DNA of 42,707 nt from Candidatus Krumholzibacteriia bacterium (GTDB taxonomy: Bacteria > Krumholzibacteriota > Krumholzibacteriia > WVZY01), in the NCBI GenBank assembly GCA_036478295.1, contig JAZGDW010000239.1:1-42707 (forward strand), read 5' to 3'. Below the pieces are notes generated by a model. That model was given only the letters and a program-made list of their open reading frames with translations. It was not told the origin of the DNA and ran no database searches. This document shows positions 8,552 to 18,448 of the stretch, in pieces. How positions within the stretch are numbered: the first letter of the stretch is position 1; each line of letters opens with the position of its first letter. The position numbers and the translations under genes were made by a program.

Positions 8552-9988
8552 ATGCGCCTGCTCTTGATAAACCCAAGCAATCGCTTGTCAGGCATGGTCA
8601 ACTTGAAACAAAACCGTTGGAACAAGTACCGCGTTTGGAAGCCCCTTGGCCTCATGACCCTGGCCGGTCTGACGCCCTTGGAGTGGGACGTCACAGTGGT
8701 TGACGAGAATCTCGGTATTCCCGACTACGCCGGTATGCCGTGCCCCGATCTTGTGGGGATCACCGCCTTCACTTCACAAGCGCCCCGTGCTTACGATCTG
8801 GCTACCGAGTTTCGTTCCCGTGGCGTGCCTGTCGTGATGGGCGGCATCCACGCGACCATGTGCTCGGCCGAGGCACTGGATCACGTCGACACCGTGGTGA
8901 AAGGTGAGGCGGAGAGCGTGTGGACACAGGTTTTGGAAGACGTCCGGAGGGGCGCGCTGGAGCAGATCTACGAGGGTAGTCACGTCGAGATGGAGCAGGT
9001 GCCGTTCGCCAGGCACGACCTGTTGCAGGACGGGTATCTCCTCGGGTCGATACAGACTGCACGGGGCTGCCCGCTCAACTGCATCTTCTGCAGCGTTAGT
9101 GCGTTCAACGGAAGAAAGTACCGGCGCCGCTCGGTTGAGAACGTCATGCGCGAATTCAAAATGATTCGCGAGAGTCGTGTCCTCATCGTGGACGACAACC
9201 TCATCGGTACCCGCAAGGATCATATCGTCGGCGCCAAGGACTTGTTCCGGGCGCTGATCCGGGCCAACCTCGGCAAGACGTGGATTGCCCAGGTGACGAT
9301 CAACATGGCCGATGACGAAGAGTTGCTTCGGCTGGCCGCGAAGGCTGGCTGCGACGGTGTCTTTATCGGTTTCGAGACACCGAGTCCCGAGGGGCTGGCG
9401 GAGATTCGCAAGAAGTTCAACAGCCACAAGGATCGCGACTTCAGGGCGTCTGTCCGCCGCATACAGCGGCACGGCATCGTGGTGGCCGGCTCGTTCATCG
9501 TGGGGTTGGACGTCGACAAGCCGGGCATCGGGGGCCGTATTGCGGCTGCAGCCACTCACTACGGTTTGGATGTGTTGAACGTGCACTGTCTAACGCCGCT
9601 GCCCGGCACGGATCTGTGGGACAAGATGGAATCGGAGGGCCGCATCGCTGCCAACGCTTTTCCGGAGGATTGGAAGTATTACACGTTGACGTTTCCGGTG
9701 GGGCATTACAAGCACTTGAACCGGGACGACATCTGCCGCGAGATGGATTCCTGCAACCGGCAGTTCTACTCACTCCGCCGCATTCTGAGTCGGGTTGTGG
9801 GAAGCGTCCTGGAAAGACGTAAGCCCCTCTTCACCATCGTGGCCAATCTGTCCAACAGAAACAGTATGCGCACGCATCGCAAGGCGTTCCGAGAGTTCGC
9901 AGTCTCACAGGGCGCCCGCCCCGCCTTGAACACCATCCGAGGGAATACAGCGATGATGGCGGCCGCGACGGAGGTAGCACCCGAATGA
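8552..9988 (+). CDS. B12-binding domain radical SAM protein
   Basis: GGAGG RBS before ATG 8552. N-terminal cobalamin-binding motifs PLGLMTLA, DLVGIT, VMGGIHAT, VVKGEAE. RGCPLNCIFC (CxxxCxxC), VDDN, FIGFET, TPLPGT. Confidence 0.92.
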   Translation: MRLLLINPSNRLSGMVNLKQNRWNKYRVWKPLGLMTLAGLTPLEWDVTVVDENLGIPDYAGMPCPDLVGITAFTSQAPRAYDLATEFRSRGVPVVMGGIHATMCSAEALDHVDTVVKGEAESVWTQVLEDVRRGALEQIYEGSHVEMEQVPFARHDLLQDGYLLGSIQTARGCPLNCIFCSVSAFNGRKYRRRSVENVMREFKMIRESRVLIVDDNLIGTRKDHIVGAKDLFRALIRANLGKTWIAQVTINMADDEELLRLAAKAGCDGVFIGFETPSPEGLAEIRKKFNSHKDRDFRASVRRIQRHGIVVAGSFIVGLDVDKPGIGGRIAAAATHYGLDVLNVHCLTPLPGTDLWDKMESEGRIAANAFPEDWKYYTLTFPVGHYKHLNRDDICREMDSCNRQFYSLRRILSRVVGSVLERRKPLFTIVANLSNRNSMRTHRKAFREFAVSQGARPALNTIRGNTAMMAAATEVAPE

Positions 9989-10002
9989 GCGTTATCAATC
10001 CT

Positions 10003-11424
10003 TCACGCGGTCAGATAGTCGAGCACATCTTGCGCGGTATAGCTATGATGGCCCGGTTTGATATACTTGCGGATGCCTATCAGTCCGTCTCCGGCAGTGA
10101 CTATCGGCGGTTCGACGTAGCCGTCTTTTCGATGCTGAGGGTATCCCGCGGTGGCGAATAGATTGTTGCACAGGCAGTTTTTTCCAACCGTATCCTCCAG
10201 CTTTCCCCCCTTTGCCAGGTATTGCTCTGCGGGCTCGGCCGGACAGCGGAACCCCACCTTTCCATCCGCTCCCTTGTAGAGATGTCGTAGCATACCAACA
10301 TCACACAGCTGCGCGGGGTTCCGGCAAATCTTCGGATCTGACAGGGTTCCTTCCAATTGGACCACTTTGAAGGGGAAGCCGGTTGGGGAGTAGAGGGGAT
10401 CGGTGCGCACCTCTATGTCCTGGTCGAGAACTTTTTGGATGAGGCGGCTCTTGAGTGTTTCATCCATGCCCGATTCAGCGCAACAGCCGAAAGCGGTACC
10501 AACCTGGATACCCGCCGCGCCGGCATCTAGTGCGTACTGTAGTTTCTCCGGGCTGTCGTAGCCTCCGGCCAGCCAAAAGGGCAGCCCAAGCTGTTTGATT
10601 TGGTTCAAATCGACAACGTCTTTCTCCCCGTAGATCGGTTCGCCCGCTTCATTCAGACGCAGCGGACCTCTGGGGAGAGCGTTGTGCCCGCCAGCTGTGG
10701 GCGCTTCGATGACAAAGCCGTCTATCTTACCCGCCCGTTTGAGCAGGGCTTTCCCCAGCACCGCCGAGGAGATGATCGGTAGAAAATTCGGGTGGGGCAA
10801 CGGGCCGGTCTTTTCTGCGACGCCGGGAAAAACTGCTTGGGGATCAAAGTGAAGGCTATACTCATCCCCCGGAGCGGCTCCCTGTACATCGAGCCGGTAG
10901 CTCACCGCCTCGTGGTCGGCCAGCTTGTCGAGGATGCCGGGTACTTGAACCGGGATGCCGGCTCCCATGATCACGAAGTCTACCTCCGCGAGCATTGCCC
11001 CGTAGAGAGAGGCCATTGTCGGTAACTGCACCTTTTCCAGTAGGTTAATTCCCACCGCGTTCTGGTGTCCCTCCTTCGCCAGAAATACCTCGACAAAATT
11101 GGCAATGACCGTCAACTCATTGAGCGCCTTGGGTGGGTTGAGGGACCACATCGGCGGGCGCTTGTAAGGCGGCAGTGGGGTTTCTGGTTCAGCGACATAG
11201 TAGTTATCCAAAATGCGCTGAACCGGCTCTTGATGGGGGAACTGGTCTAACGCCCGCCGTACATGACCCCCAGTATCCCCGCCCATCAAGCGAGAAATCA
11301 AGATCAGGGCAATTCCGGTCCCGGAAACGACGCCCAAATGCCCCTGCATCGACACCGTTCTGGCCAGCTCCCAGGTGGAAATGGCAACACCCATTCCCCC
11401 TTGAATGATCTTCGGTAGTTTCAT
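10003..11424 (-). CDS. Nitronate monooxygenase / FabK-like FMN-dependent oxidoreductase with Cys-rich C-terminus
   Basis: 473 aa; IIQGGMGVAIS, MGAGIP, EAPTAGGHN, WLAGG, GIQVGTAF, SPTGFPF; C-terminal CDVGML...CPAEP...CLCNNL. Confidence 0.88.
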   Translation of the reverse strand: MKLPKIIQGGMGVAISTWELARTVSMQGHLGVVSGTGIALILISRLMGGDTGGHVRRALDQFPHQEPVQRILDNYYVAEPETPLPPYKRPPMWSLNPPKALNELTVIANFVEVFLAKEGHQNAVGINLLEKVQLPTMASLYGAMLAEVDFVIMGAGIPVQVPGILDKLADHEAVSYRLDVQGAAPGDEYSLHFDPQAVFPGVAEKTGPLPHPNFLPIISSAVLGKALLKRAGKIDGFVIEAPTAGGHNALPRGPLRLNEAGEPIYGEKDVVDLNQIKQLGLPFWLAGGYDSPEKLQYALDAGAAGIQVGTAFGCCAESGMDETLKSRLIQKVLDQDIEVRTDPLYSPTGFPFKVVQLEGTLSDPKICRNPAQLCDVGMLRHLYKGADGKVGFRCPAEPAEQYLAKGGKLEDTVGKNCLCNNLFATAGYPQHRKDGYVEPPIVTAGDGLIGIRKYIKPGHHSYTAQDVLDYLTA

Positions 11425-11500
11425 AAGAATACAGCGCTATAAACGCCTTCGCTCCTTTTCGATCCTGATAGGATTAGCCCCATCCTAGGACCGATTCTAT

Positions 11501-11536
11501 TATAGTTCAATCTATGTCTATAGTTCAATCGATGTC
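11501..11536. repeat. Tandem 18-bp direct repeat overlapping a putative promoter of the nitronate monooxygenase gene
   Basis: TATAGTTCAATCTATGTC / TATAGTTCAATCGATGTC (17/18 identical). The minus strand contains TTGACA (11538-11533) and TATAAT (11504-11499). Confidence 0.8.
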
Positions 11537-11835
11537 AAAGGGGGATTGCAACGAATCGAGTTGACGGCCTGGCGTCCGCGGCCGGTCAAAGACCGGTCTG
11601 TCTGCATCGCCTGGCCAGGCAGTTTACAGCTTGGAATTTCACGTCGCCGCATCGGGGAAGTGTGAGTCGCTTTCGACTGTCACACATAACGTTAGCCCAA
11701 ATTCACGAAACGACTCATTGGTGGGAATCCCTCCAAAAGGACGGCGCGGGAATATATTTGGCTGGACGCCCGGGAGACACCCTACTAGACTATCGCGGTC
11801 ATTTTGGCTACGTCAAACGCGTTTGGAGGTGCACT

Positions 11836-12396
11836 GTGAGACCTTTCAACCTCTGTGCTATGGCCTTGTTGCTCTGCGTAGCGGCCGCGACGGACACTCA
11901 TGCCGGAGCGAACCTCGGCATGCGGGGCGTCGGTGGGCGACTGTCGTTTGTCAATCCGCAGGACATCGACGGCACAATCGGTTTTGATTTGATCGCGGAC
12001 TTCGGTACGCTTCGGCCGCAGCTCGCGTTGGAGGCCACGCTCGATTACTGGTCGTCGGAAGAGGACCGCGGCTCTGTCAGCAACGACGTGCGAGACATCG
12101 CGCTCGGCGCGCGCTTGAAGCACACTTTCAACGTCACGAACGCCAGGGTACGGCCCTACGTAGCGGGCGGGCTGGCGCTGCACTTTATCCGCACCGAAGT
12201 GCCGGCTATGCTCATCGGCGGCGTCCCGATCCCTGGTACGGACGACAGTGACACAAAGCTCGGACTCGATCTCGCGGGCGGTGTGGGATACAAGACGAGC
12301 CCAAATCTGTTCGTCGTCGGCGAGCTCAGGTTCCGGCTGGTATCCGATGTCCCGCAGGCCGTGCTCGCCGGTGGTGTCGTGTACTGGTTCAACTAG
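11836..12396 (+). CDS. Outer membrane beta-barrel protein (8-stranded OmpA/OmpW-like)
   Basis: GGAGG RBS then GTG 11836; signal peptide; alternating amphipathic strands, RPYVAGGL, GLDLAGGVGY; aromatic C-terminus VVYWFN. Confidence 0.8.
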   Translation: MRPFNLCAMALLLCVAAATDTHAGANLGMRGVGGRLSFVNPQDIDGTIGFDLIADFGTLRPQLALEATLDYWSSEEDRGSVSNDVRDIALGARLKHTFNVTNARVRPYVAGGLALHFIRTEVPAMLIGGVPIPGTDDSDTKLGLDLAGGVGYKTSPNLFVVGELRFRLVSDVPQAVLAGGVVYWFN

Positions 12397-12419
12397 CGAG
12401 GCCGTTTCTTCCGCAAAAG

Positions 12420-12458
12420 AAGACACCCGGCCGATCCCGGCTGGGTGTCTTTCGCTTT
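12420..12458 (+). terminator. Putative intrinsic terminator (possibly bidirectional)
   Basis: 14-bp stem AAGACACCCGGCCG-atcc-CGGCTGGGTGTCTT just after the OMP stop; interrupted T tail, A-rich 5' side. Confidence 0.6.
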
Positions 12459-12622
12459 GGCCAGTGCGTCCGAGCGACCGGGGTACCGCGTTCGAGCTGA
12501 GCGAATCGTTGCTGAACGCCGCCGAAGGCCTGCCGGACCACCCCACGATTAAACTTTCGGGCGATTTGTGCTAGACTGCACGTAACCCCGATTTGGAATC
12601 GGGCTAACGCTCGGAGGACCGA

Positions 12623-13021
12623 ATGCCCACTGCGACCCAATTGAACCTGAAACTCCAGAACGAGCCAGGGACCCTGGCCCGTCTCAGTCGCGACCTCGCG
12701 AACCTCGGAATCAACCTGTTGGCGCTCTCCGCGCCGGACAGTTCCTCGGAAACGGGGCCGATCCGTCTCCTGGTAGCGAACCCCGAGTTGGCCCGGGTCA
12801 AAATGGCGCAGGCAGGCTACGAGTTCAGTGTCGAAGAAGTCCTCTTCATCGAGATCAAGAACCGTCCCGGAGCCCTTGCCAAAGCAATGGAAAAGCTGGC
12901 CCAGGCGAACATCGATGTGAAATACGCGTATGCCACAGCCTTCACGGGGGCCCGCAAGACCGCTGCTGTGGTTGCAGTGGACGAGAACGACCTGCCGCAG
13001 GCACGCAAGCTGCTCGGGTAG
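12623..13021 (+). CDS. Tandem ACT domain-containing protein
   Basis: GGAGG RBS; two ACT repeats (NEPGTLARL...GINL and NRPGALAKAM...NIDVKYAY); 132 aa. Confidence 0.88.
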   Translation: MPTATQLNLKLQNEPGTLARLSRDLANLGINLLALSAPDSSSETGPIRLLVANPELARVKMAQAGYEFSVEEVLFIEIKNRPGALAKAMEKLAQANIDVKYAYATAFTGARKTAAVVAVDENDLPQARKLLG

Positions 13022-13028
13022 ACCAGAC

Positions 13029-13529
13029 CTACTTGCGAACGCCGGCGATCTGCCAGCTGCTCGTGCAAGGGGTGAAATTCTCGCAGTCGCCGCGCAAGCG
13101 CCGACGGAACACGATGCTCCCGGAAAACCTGTCTTCTGAAGAGAACGTGATGTTGACTGAGGTCCAAGTGGTTATGATGCAGCTCTTGAACGTGTTGGAG
13201 ATAGGCTCCGTGCTACCGCTGCCCAGCAGCGTATTCGGATTCCATGTCCCGGTCCAGTCGTCCCCCATCGAGAAAGCCGTCCCGTTAATCTGAATCTCAT
13301 ATGTGTTCCCATCGTAGACGTCTGGCTTGTCACACCCGTTGAAACCGGACCCCGTGATAACGTCGAAGAACCCACTTTCGACCGTTATCGGGGGCGGCCC
13401 GGCGACCGGCGGCGGAGCGCTCTCGTCTCCACACGCCGCCACGAATAGAGTGGCGAGAGCGAGCAAGAGGAGCCAGGCGGCGGAATGGATACCGCTGGAG
13501 ATGTCGGTGTGTTTGGTCAAATGGGGCAT
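13029..13529 (-). CDS. Hypothetical lipoprotein
   Basis: Hydrophobic leader ending in lipobox LFVAA-C, Pro-rich linker, beta-rich domain with 4 Cys; GGAG RBS. Confidence 0.7.
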   Translation of the reverse strand: MPHLTKHTDISSGIHSAAWLLLLALATLFVAACGDESAPPPVAGPPPITVESGFFDVITGSGFNGCDKPDVYDGNTYEIQINGTAFSMGDDWTGTWNPNTLLGSGSTEPISNTFKSCIITTWTSVNITFSSEDRFSGSIVFRRRLRGDCENFTPCTSSWQIAGVRK

Positions 13530-13558
13530 CAGTTGTGCTCCGCCGAGGAGGTTGATGC

Positions 13559-13587
13559 AATATAATACGCCCCTGGAGCCGGGTCAA
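13559..13587 (-). promoter_or_regulatory. Putative sigma70 promoter of the lipoprotein gene
   Basis: Minus strand TTGACC-N17-TATATT, 29 nt upstream of ATG 13529. Confidence 0.5.
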
Positions 13588-13701
13588 ATGACAACAGGGA
13601 AAATGATGGCCAAAAAGGTAACGCGGTTGACGAAGCAGACGCGCCCGATTGTCACAGCATGCTTTGGCCTGCTTCTGCTTTGCCGGTGACCCCCTCCGGT
13701 T

Positions 13702-14670
13702 TCAAGAGCGTCGCGAGAGCTCGTCGAACCGGATGTGCATACGTCCCAGGTAGAACAGGCCGGTGAGTGTAATGGGAAAGAAATGCGTCGCGTGGTAGAC
13801 GAGCGAATACGCCAGCGCTCCACTCTTGTCGATACCGAATATTGCGAGCGACACGATGCACGCGTACTGCGTCGTACCGAGATACGCCGGGGCGGAGGGA
13901 ATCATCGTTCCCATCGACACCAGGACCACCAGGGTCAGACTGGCCACGAACGGCGGGTGCATGTTCAAAGCCTGCAGGCAGAAGTAAAACCCCAGTATCG
14001 CTGAAAACCACACGAGCACCGACGTGAGGGCGATGGGGAGCAACGTCTGCGGCCGGGTCACGGTCGAGAGGCCGCTGGCAAAGGAGGCCGTCGCGTGGTT
14101 GATCTTGTCCCGCCACCGCTCGGGCAGTGGCGACGTAAGCCTGTTCATCCAGCGGATGAACATCTCGCGTTTCCTTTCCATAAATACCATGAGGACAAGA
14201 AGCGCGACGTTCATGGCGAGTATCCACATGCCGCTCGTTTCGAGCCAGCCCGGCCCCTCCACTTTGAGCAGAAGGATCCACAAGAGCGCCAGCAGTGTGA
14301 ACACATCGACCACGCGTTCGTAAACGATGGTCGCGAAGGCGGCGGAGCGGCTTATCCCTTCATTCTTGCCCAGGACGTACGCGCGGACGAATTCCCCGAG
14401 CCGGGCCGGCAGCAAGTTGTTGGCCATGAACCCGACCGCCGTCGCCGCAAAGAGGTTGTGGGTGCGGATACGCTTCACGGGCAGCATCATGAACTTCCAG
14501 CGGTACGACCGGACGTAGTGCCCGAACATGGTAAAAAACGCGGAAGGAATGAGGTACTCGTACCGGGTTTGTTTGAGGGTCTCCCATAACGCGGACCACT
14601 GGACATCGCGCATGGCGAGGTAGAGAAACAGCATGCTAACGAGGGACCCGATGAGTAGCTTGCGTTTCAT
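13702..14670 (-). CDS. Lysylphosphatidylglycerol synthase TM-domain (UPF0104, flippase-like) membrane protein
   Basis: RSYRW, GFMANNLLPARLGEFVR, ERVVD, PSAPAYLG motifs. ATG 14670 overlaps the upstream stop (ATGA). Confidence 0.88.
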   Translation of the reverse strand: MKRKLLIGSLVSMLFLYLAMRDVQWSALWETLKQTRYEYLIPSAFFTMFGHYVRSYRWKFMMLPVKRIRTHNLFAATAVGFMANNLLPARLGEFVRAYVLGKNEGISRSAAFATIVYERVVDVFTLLALLWILLLKVEGPGWLETSGMWILAMNVALLVLMVFMERKREMFIRWMNRLTSPLPERWRDKINHATASFASGLSTVTRPQTLLPIALTSVLVWFSAILGFYFCLQALNMHPPFVASLTLVVLVSMGTMIPSAPAYLGTTQYACIVSLAIFGIDKSGALAYSLVYHATHFFPITLTGLFYLGRMHIRFDELSRRS

Positions 14671-16730
14671 AGGCCTTCGGCGGGATTGGGCAGGACCTGC
14701 CCCGCTGCCTCCAGACATGCGGCGCGGTCCAGTTTCAGAACGACAACGTCCTCGATGCGAAACACGACCTCGAAGAGCGCCGGGTATCGGTTGAACTTCT
14801 CCATGGTGGTGGTCCGGTCCTCGTTGTCACGAATGACGACGTACACTTCGGACGCCATCGACCCCAGCGTCGTTAGCGTGGGGGTATTCAATGCATCCTC
14901 CGAGTAGATGTTGTCGCGCACGTGCCGGCGGTGCTCCATCTCCTCCCGCGGGTAGCCCCAATTGTCTGCATATATAATGCGGCCCCAGTAGTACCGCCTC
15001 GGACCGGTAAGCAACAGCAGAACGCGATCGTTGTTTTCGAAAAAGATGGCGTCTCGGGGAGTCTCCTTTTGCACCCATTCCGTTAGCTCCTTGTCCTGCG
15101 CGGTGAGCGGATCGCCGGTCGGCGTATTGTGGTAGGCCAGCCAGGCGAACGTATTCACGGGCAGCAGCAGGAGTAGCATGGCCGCTACGACTCTTCTCCG
15201 GTGCCGGCTCGACGCGTGGCGCCTGCAGTACCGGTCTGCGAACACCCAACTGCCGATGATGGCCAGTGGGTAGTGCACGAAGAAGGGAACCTTGTCGTAC
15301 GTGTTGATGCCGGGCAGCTTGATCAAGTTACTGACGATAAAAACCCCGAAGGCAAAATAGACCAGAAAAGAAGTACCGGCGGTGCGCCTGGCGAGCAACG
15401 GCCGGATCTGGAAAGCGGCGAGCACAATGACCAGAGCACAGCTGATCAGGATACCACCCGATTTGGCGAACGACAGCCCTATCGGAATGAGCTTATCGGT
15501 TTCCTTCAGATGCACCACCGAATACAAGTACGGCGCGGAGAGCAGGGCGGCGAGCAAGGTCGCCACCGCGAGCGTCACGATTCGTTTCTGTGAGAAATCA
15601 TGCAGGCCGTGTCGCGCGAGGGCGAGCAGCACGAGACCCGCGCCGAGACCGCCGATCGTCGCGACGCCGAACGCCGTGTGAAAAGACAGCATGCCGACGG
15701 CCGAGATGACGACCAGCACCAGCAGGGCGGCGCGGCCCACTTTTATATATGCCACGCAGGCGTACCAGAATACGCCCATGAAGCCCATTGCGAGGGACAA
15801 CGCTGTCGAAACGATGAACTTGTTCAAGAGAAAGGGCTGATTGTTATAAAAGCGCAAAAAGGTCCAGACCGTTTCCTTATCGAAGGGCGTCACGGAATAA
15901 TTGCGGACGACCTCGGCCCATCCGCGCATTTCGCCGAGAAGTGCCCTGGCAAGTTTGAGAGGAAGAAACGCCCACACCACCGCGTTCATCGCGAGGACGA
16001 CAAAGAGCACGGCGAGAATTCCGGAGGCGAAGGATTTTTTGAACAGTGTCGACAGGAGATACGCGGATAGAATGAACGCGACCAGGCCGCTGAGGTTGAG
16101 AAGCGGCATCACCACCAGCGGTCCGATGCCGGAGCCGTGGCTCACCATCAGAACCAGCACGTGATAGATCCACATGTACTGAAGGTCCAGCCCGGTGAAG
16201 TAGGGGTCCTGCGGGGGAACACCCCAGGCGTCGATCTGGTGCACGACCGCACCGTGAAACCATGCGTCGGACCAGTACCGCCACCAGTGATCGCTGAGAG
16301 GCAGATAGCCCGCCAGGGCGCAAAACGTGGCGGTCAGCGCGGCCAACAACAATAACTGGCGGGTTTCGGGCGGCCGGATCCAACGCCCACCGCCGGCCAT
16401 GAGGGCAACAGCGGTGGCCGCCAGCGCGGAGGACAGGACGAGCCACCGGGCTGCGGCGACGGCGTCGAGGCCGGAGAGCATCATGAGCGCACCGGCGGCG
16501 GCGACCAGGACCGGACTCAAGACCACGGAGGCCAGAAGGCATTCCACGGGCCGGCGCTCGCGTGCGACCAGCAGGTGCAGCGCCAGGCCGGGGAAGAGCG
16601 CCATAACCAGGTACCCACCGATCTGACCGGAGAGGCCCTGCCAGGGCGTCACCACGGGTGCGACCGCGAGTACCGCGACAATGATTGTCAGCACTCGCAA
16701 GGTTATGACTTGGGTTCGGTGATGGTTCAC
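14667..16730 (-). CDS. Large polytopic membrane protein, probable GT-C fold glycosyltransferase
   Basis: 687 aa with many TM helices. Loop SDAWFH...PPQDPYFTG..LQYMWIYH and a soluble C-terminal domain (WVQKETPRDAIF...TGPRRYY) resemble GT-C enzymes. Confidence 0.6.
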   Translation of the reverse strand: MNHHRTQVITLRVLTIIVAVLAVAPVVTPWQGLSGQIGGYLVMALFPGLALHLLVARERRPVECLLASVVLSPVLVAAAGALMMLSGLDAVAAARWLVLSSALAATAVALMAGGGRWIRPPETRQLLLLAALTATFCALAGYLPLSDHWWRYWSDAWFHGAVVHQIDAWGVPPQDPYFTGLDLQYMWIYHVLVLMVSHGSGIGPLVVMPLLNLSGLVAFILSAYLLSTLFKKSFASGILAVLFVVLAMNAVVWAFLPLKLARALLGEMRGWAEVVRNYSVTPFDKETVWTFLRFYNNQPFLLNKFIVSTALSLAMGFMGVFWYACVAYIKVGRAALLVLVVISAVGMLSFHTAFGVATIGGLGAGLVLLALARHGLHDFSQKRIVTLAVATLLAALLSAPYLYSVVHLKETDKLIPIGLSFAKSGGILISCALVIVLAAFQIRPLLARRTAGTSFLVYFAFGVFIVSNLIKLPGINTYDKVPFFVHYPLAIIGSWVFADRYCRRHASSRHRRRVVAAMLLLLLPVNTFAWLAYHNTPTGDPLTAQDKELTEWVQKETPRDAIFFENNDRVLLLLTGPRRYYWGRIIYADNWGYPREEMEHRRHVRDNIYSEDALNTPTLTTLGSMASEVYVVIRDNEDRTTTMEKFNRYPALFEVVFRIEDVVVLKLDRAACLEAAGQVLPNPAEGL

Positions 16731-16855
16731 GGCGCTAGTAGTATAATTCTAAATGAGATACAATGGACGTTCAACTCGAATCTTCGGGCGGGCGACGGTC
16801 CGGCAGAAGCCGAGTGCGGCCTAAGGGGCGGCGTCACGCGGGACACGGAGTGGCG

Positions 16856-16884
16856 TTGACTTGCTCCAGGCGATTGATTAGAGT
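16856..16884 (+). promoter_or_regulatory. Putative sigma70 promoter of the GAF-PP2C gene
   Basis: TTGACT-N17-TAGAGT. Confidence 0.5.
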
Positions 16885-16971
16885 AGGAGACACGAATCTG
16901 TTTATTGCGCGCCAATATTGCAGGTGACTCTCTGGCAATGCCGGTCGACCTGCGCGACCGAACCGAACCCT

Positions 16972-18342
16972 ATGACCAAGAAGCGATTCTTCGATCAGAT
17001 AACCCAGGCCTTCTCTCCGAAGGGTGACGGCCAGCCACCTCTGGCGACGCCGGGTCCGCCGGCAGACGTGGAATCGCTTCGACAAGAAAACCTGAGGCTG
17101 CGGAGAGGTCTCGATGAGCTGTCGATGTTGAACGAACTGGCGCGCGAGATCAGTTCGTCCCGCAACGCGGATGCCATCATGGACCGCATCATCCGCCGGT
17201 CGCTGCGAGCCGTTCACGCGGAGCAGGCCGTCATAACGCTGGTGAGCGAACAGACCCACGAGCCGGGTAAGACACTCGTCCGAGCGATGGTCACTTCCTC
17301 CGAGCACGAGCAGTTCCACCTCAACCAGAATCTGCTTGGCTGGATGCATCTGAACAAGAGACCGCTACTGGCGAACTCACCGCGGACGGACGAGCGCTTT
17401 CGCGGCATCACGTGGGATCCGTCGATCAAATCGATTCTGTGCGTTCCCCTGATGGTCCAGGCTCAACTCATCGGAGTCCTCACCGCTTACAACAAGAAGG
17501 ACGGCGTCGAGTTTACCGAGGAGGACCAACGACTCCTCACCATCATCGCCATGCAGTCAGGGCAAGTGGTGGAGAACGCTCGGCTCTACGAGGTCGAGAA
17601 GTCGAATTTGCGCATGCAAGAAGAAGTGCGGCTGGCGTCGGTTATCCAATTGGAACTGCTGCCGCGTGAGGCGCCGAACATTCCCGGCTATGACATCGCG
17701 GGCAGGAGCATCCCTGCCCAGCTGGTGGGAGGCGACTACTTCGATTTTATCCCGCTCGAGAACCGGGGAATCGCGGTGTGCCTGGGTGACGTTTCAGGCA
17801 AGGGGCTCCCGGCGTCGCTGCTGATGGCCAACCTGCAGGCGACGCTGCGTGGACAGACGCTTCTCGACGTCTCGGCCGCGGTCTGCATTCGACGCTCGAA
17901 CGAACTGCTGTATCGCAGTACCGATCCCGAGAAATTTGCGACGCTCTTCTACGCCGTGCTGAACACCCACGACCACACGCTCAGCTTCTCGAACGCGGGA
18001 CACGAGAACCCCTTTCTGCTCACCAAGGGAGGCGAGGTGATGCGGCTGGCGACAGGAGGCACGGTCCTCGGCGTCGTGGATAACTTTCCATTCGAAGAGG
18101 ATACGATTCCGTTCCGCCCGGGGGATCTGCTGGTTATTTTTTCCGACGGCATTACGGAAGCGTGGGACACTGCGGATACGCAGTTTGGGGAGGACCGCCT
18201 GGCCGAACTCCTGAAGGCCAACCGCGACACGCCCGCGGATGAGCTCATCGATCGCATCGTCGAGACGGTGGGCAAACACGCCGGTACCGCTCCGCAGGCG
18301 GATGACCTCACCCTCGTCGTCATCAAACGCGACGACGAGTGA
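16972..18342 (+). CDS. GAF domain + SpoIIE/PP2C serine phosphatase (RsbU-like)
   Basis: GAF (SILCVPL, IGVL, FTEEDQRLL) followed by VGGDYFD, GDVSGKG, NAGH, FSDGITEA, DDLTLVV. Confidence 0.92.
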   Translation: MTKKRFFDQITQAFSPKGDGQPPLATPGPPADVESLRQENLRLRRGLDELSMLNELAREISSSRNADAIMDRIIRRSLRAVHAEQAVITLVSEQTHEPGKTLVRAMVTSSEHEQFHLNQNLLGWMHLNKRPLLANSPRTDERFRGITWDPSIKSILCVPLMVQAQLIGVLTAYNKKDGVEFTEEDQRLLTIIAMQSGQVVENARLYEVEKSNLRMQEEVRLASVIQLELLPREAPNIPGYDIAGRSIPAQLVGGDYFDFIPLENRGIAVCLGDVSGKGLPASLLMANLQATLRGQTLLDVSAAVCIRRSNELLYRSTDPEKFATLFYAVLNTHDHTLSFSNAGHENPFLLTKGGEVMRLATGGTVLGVVDNFPFEEDTIPFRPGDLLVIFSDGITEAWDTADTQFGEDRLAELLKANRDTPADELIDRIVETVGKHAGTAPQADDLTLVVIKRDDE

Positions 18343-18448
18343 TCTCCGGCGTTGTGCCCTTGCGTGAATCGATGATGCACAGTTGTCTCTCTACTTTCCA
18401 TCGCCCCATTTTATGATTCCTCGCCGTCTCAGCGCTTGTTGTTGGACT

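Noticed and set aside
11505..11519. GTTC-N7-GTCT inside the tandem repeat as a possible alphaproteobacterial-type SOS box
   Set aside because: Imperfect match, the gene is not a repair gene, and the local lexA promoter shows a different palindromic motif.
11501..11536. Possible mini-CRISPR
   Set aside because: Only two adjacent 18-bp units, no spacer and no cas genes.
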